From positions 14,386,001-14,450,000 of the forward strand of contig CM075989.1 in the NCBI GenBank assembly GCA_038087875.1: a DNA stretch of 64,000 bases, written 5' to 3'. This stretch comes from Malacoraja senta. Its lineage: Eukaryota. The position numbers were made by a program, and so were the translations under genes. This document shows positions 61,130-64,000 of the stretch, in pieces. Under the pieces are notes generated by a model. The model worked only from the letters and a program-made list of their open reading frames with translations, was not told where the DNA came from and made no database searches. The first letter of the stretch is position 1. Each line of letters starts with the position of its first letter.

Positions 61130-62155
61130 GAAGCAGACGAGAGAGAATGCAAGGAAGCTGAAGTTATCTTTAGTGCATGTCTGTTTTAAATGTGTGGGTA
61201 CGTTTATCTGAATATGTGCAGGTGTGTGCAGAAAATTATAAAGTACTTCAGCCCACTGTTCCAGTGACGAAATGGGAAGGATGTTATCTCAGTCTCTCAG
61301 ACAGTTAATTGTTCCGATAAAGTGCCAAATCTAGATTATCCAAGGGAATTTTCTCCTGGTATTTTGGGATTTTTTCAATTTGCTATATGAATAAAATCTA
61401 ACACTTGACTTGCTTTTCTGTGGTTTTTAACACTAAGTATTGATCCTTCATTTGTGACAGGCTTTGTCTCTCTACTTCTGCGATGTTGGGCTGTGATTAT
61501 CCAGAGCATGTTAATGTATCTCAGCTAAGTTACATCCTAAAACTTACTAGTATACTTCACATTTTTGTAAGTTGCATTTTACTTCCCCAGACGAAGACAT
61601 TTATATTGGGGTACCTGTCGATGACATTTAGACTGCTTATACTTTTCACTCTTATTTCACCAAACTGCAAACTACTGGTCATTATTAAAGGTGCAAGACA
61701 ATTCATATTAGCTTAGTTCTTTTTCTGACACATCACTGTGAAGATGATACTTAGCTGACATCGTAACCAATTTTCTTAAAGAGAAACAGCTCATGAGCAA
61801 ACTGGCATTGTTAATTTCCAAAAGTTGCCAAAAGGATCCAAGGTCCATCCAATACTTTTTTACGCCACATTAAGAGGCCACATATGTTTACAAAGCAACC
61901 GGGCTGTTTTGGTGATTTGAATAGAAATACTATGTTTCTGATAAATAGTGAAGCTGTTACTATTTTCAATGATGCGATTGTAAATGTTGCTTTATAAAAT
62001 GGTAATATTGTTCCAGCTGTAATCCTCATTGTTTCAGCATTTTCAACAAATGGTAATTATGCAACATCCTTATGTATTGCACTGATGTTGAAATGAGTGT
62101 CTTGTAAATATATTTAGTGAACAATTGTACAATAAAGCATTGGAAAAATTCCAGT
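61130..62155 (+). promoter_or_regulatory. UNC13C: Putative UNC13C 3' UTR with poly(A) signals AATAAA at 61390-61395 and 62131-62136
   Basis: Repeat-free AU-rich stretch after the stop. The distal AATAAA is preceded by TGTA motifs. Repeats resume at ~62270. Confidence 0.6.
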
Positions 62156-62269
62156 CCTGCACATTGATACTTGGCGCTGAACTTGTTCAGCATTCAGTGT
62201 TGCAATAGAGAGCGCTGATGTGGCCTCACCTGGAATAATTGTTTGGTCCTCTGAGCTAAAATAAAAAGA

Positions 62270-62695
62270 TATAGCAGCATTGGGGGCAGTATGAAGGAGA
62301 TTCACCTGGACAATTCCTGGGATGAGAGGGTTGTCCTTTCAAGAGAGATTCAATAGTTTGCCTCTGTATTCCTCGGTGTTCAGAAGAACGAGGGGGGACC
62401 TTATTCAATCGTAAGATCCTAATGGTGCTTGGTAGGATGGATGTTGGGATGTTTTATTCATGGGACTGTCTCGAACAAGTGGACATAACTACAACATGAG
62501 GGACTGGTGATTCAAACCAATGTGCCAAGAAATCTCTTCTGACTAGATGATCAATCTCTGGAATACGTTTCCCCGGTGGATGGTGGGTGGTAGCTGGATC
62601 ATTGGAAGTATTTAGAGTGGAGGTTGATAAATATTTGATACATCTATGACTGGCACACAGGAGGAGTTGAGGCCAGTATAGATCAGCCACCATCA
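62270..62695 (+). mobile_element. Degenerate CR1 3' fragment
   Basis: aggagattcac...ttcctgggatg...aatctctggaat...gatcagcca. Confidence 0.7.
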
Positions 62696-63259
62696 GCGTG
62701 CAGTCTTCAACTGAGGGCTAGCTATGGGTTGTGTAATTTGTACAATGGAATTGTTACTTGCTGCAGCTTTACAGGCCCATTAAGAATGTTACTGTTCCTT
62801 TGCCAGTATATATGATAATTAAGCACCGAGCACTCTAGAAATTTATGACAACATCCTGTCCCTGGAAGAAATGTGAGGAAAGTAGTTTGGAAAGAGGGTC
62901 TGGTGAGAAGATGACTGGTGATTGTAACATTGTGAGAGAAGAGTGTGGAAGCAACAATGGAAAGTTAAAGGAAGCCCATATCTGGGGAAGATGGGTGCCT
63001 CGTTGGTCTAGGTCAGTTGGAGGCCCTCAATCAACACTGAAGCAGGCCTCAGACCTCCAGGTACAACCCGCTGCAGCATTCTCCCGGGCGTAGTAGAATT
63101 TTACGTAAGTGCTCTGTGCAAGATTTGCCTTCATTGCACATGATCTGTCAGTAGCCTCTGTGCACCAGTGGGTTCCACTCAATTATTTACTCCACCTGCA
63201 AAGCCTGAGGTAGGTATTCCTGCCCCAGCAAGATGTGGTGGCCAATCTCACATGGAATA

Positions 63260-63590
63260 GTGGGAGAGTCTAGGACCAGGGGGTGCAGTCTTATACTAAA
63301 AGGATGTAGCTTAGAAAGGAGATGAGTGAGAATTTCTCTATTCAGAGGGTGGTGAACTTGTGGAATTCACAGCCACAAACGGCGGTGGGGGCCAAGTCTT
63401 TTGGGTATTTTTAAAGCGGAGATTGATTAATAAAGATGTTAATTAGTTCTTGATTAGTAAAGATGTTAAAGATTAGAGAGAATGCAGGACAATGGAGTTG
63501 AGAGGGAAAAATAGATCAGCCATGATCAAATGGCAGTGCAGACTTGATGAGCTGAATGGCCTCATTCTGCTCCTTATGGTCTCATGGTTG
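63260..63590 (+). mobile_element. Degenerate CR1 3' end
   Basis: ggagagtctaggaccagg...gagggtggtgaacttgtggaattc...gatcagccatgatc. Confidence 0.75.
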
Positions 63591-64000
63591 ATGACTCAGT
63601 TTGGCTCTTTCAGCCTCAGTTACAGAGTGCTCTTCACATTTTGTCCTCTACATAATGACCTCCAGAACTCAGATGTCCTTCCTAACTCCCATGCCCAGAC
63701 CCTTCATCGATCAATGATAATCCCTCTCCTGCATTCATTTGTTCTGGTCCGGCAATGTTTGGTTTTAAAATTCTATGTTCAAGCCATTCCCTGACTTCTC
63801 ACCTCCCTATCAGGTCAAGTCGAGTTTATTGCTGGAGTAGAGTGAGGTACAACTACAATACAAATCTTCATAAAACGCGGTCTGCAACTTGCAAATAAAT
63901 CTCTACATCCATTTCTGGAGTATTTCCACCATTGGTGACTGTGCAAAAGCCTTAAGCTCATGCTTCAGCTTTTGGAATGGCACAGTATATTCTATCTAGA

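Overview
Eukaryotic (vertebrate) genomic DNA, most likely from a cartilaginous fish, probably a skate or ray. This is inferred from HE1/V-SINE-type SINEs, CR1 LINEs and abundant Penelope-like termini. The window holds the 3' part of an UNC13/Munc13 gene on the + strand, best matching UNC13C. Eight coding exons are visible (10398-61129), encoding the C-terminal part of the MUN domain and the C2C domain, followed by a ~1 kb 3' UTR. One exon is cut by a 200-N assembly gap, and about 58 conserved residues are missing there. The introns are dense with CR1, L2, Rex1/Babar and Penelope-like retroelements, tRNA-derived V-SINEs and a MITE. Main observations: (1) a dispersed family of short Penelope-derived termini carrying a minimal hammerhead-ribozyme core, seen as TSD-flanked, palindromic and tandem copies; (2) a GC-rich non-autonomous element family with a covarying 3' hairpin and a Rex1/Babar-type tail; (3) a repeat-free, promoter-like island at ~17.7-18.9 kb that could start a short C-terminal UNC13C isoform. 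Family assignments come from motif recognition only; no database searches were run, and repeat boundaries are approximate.
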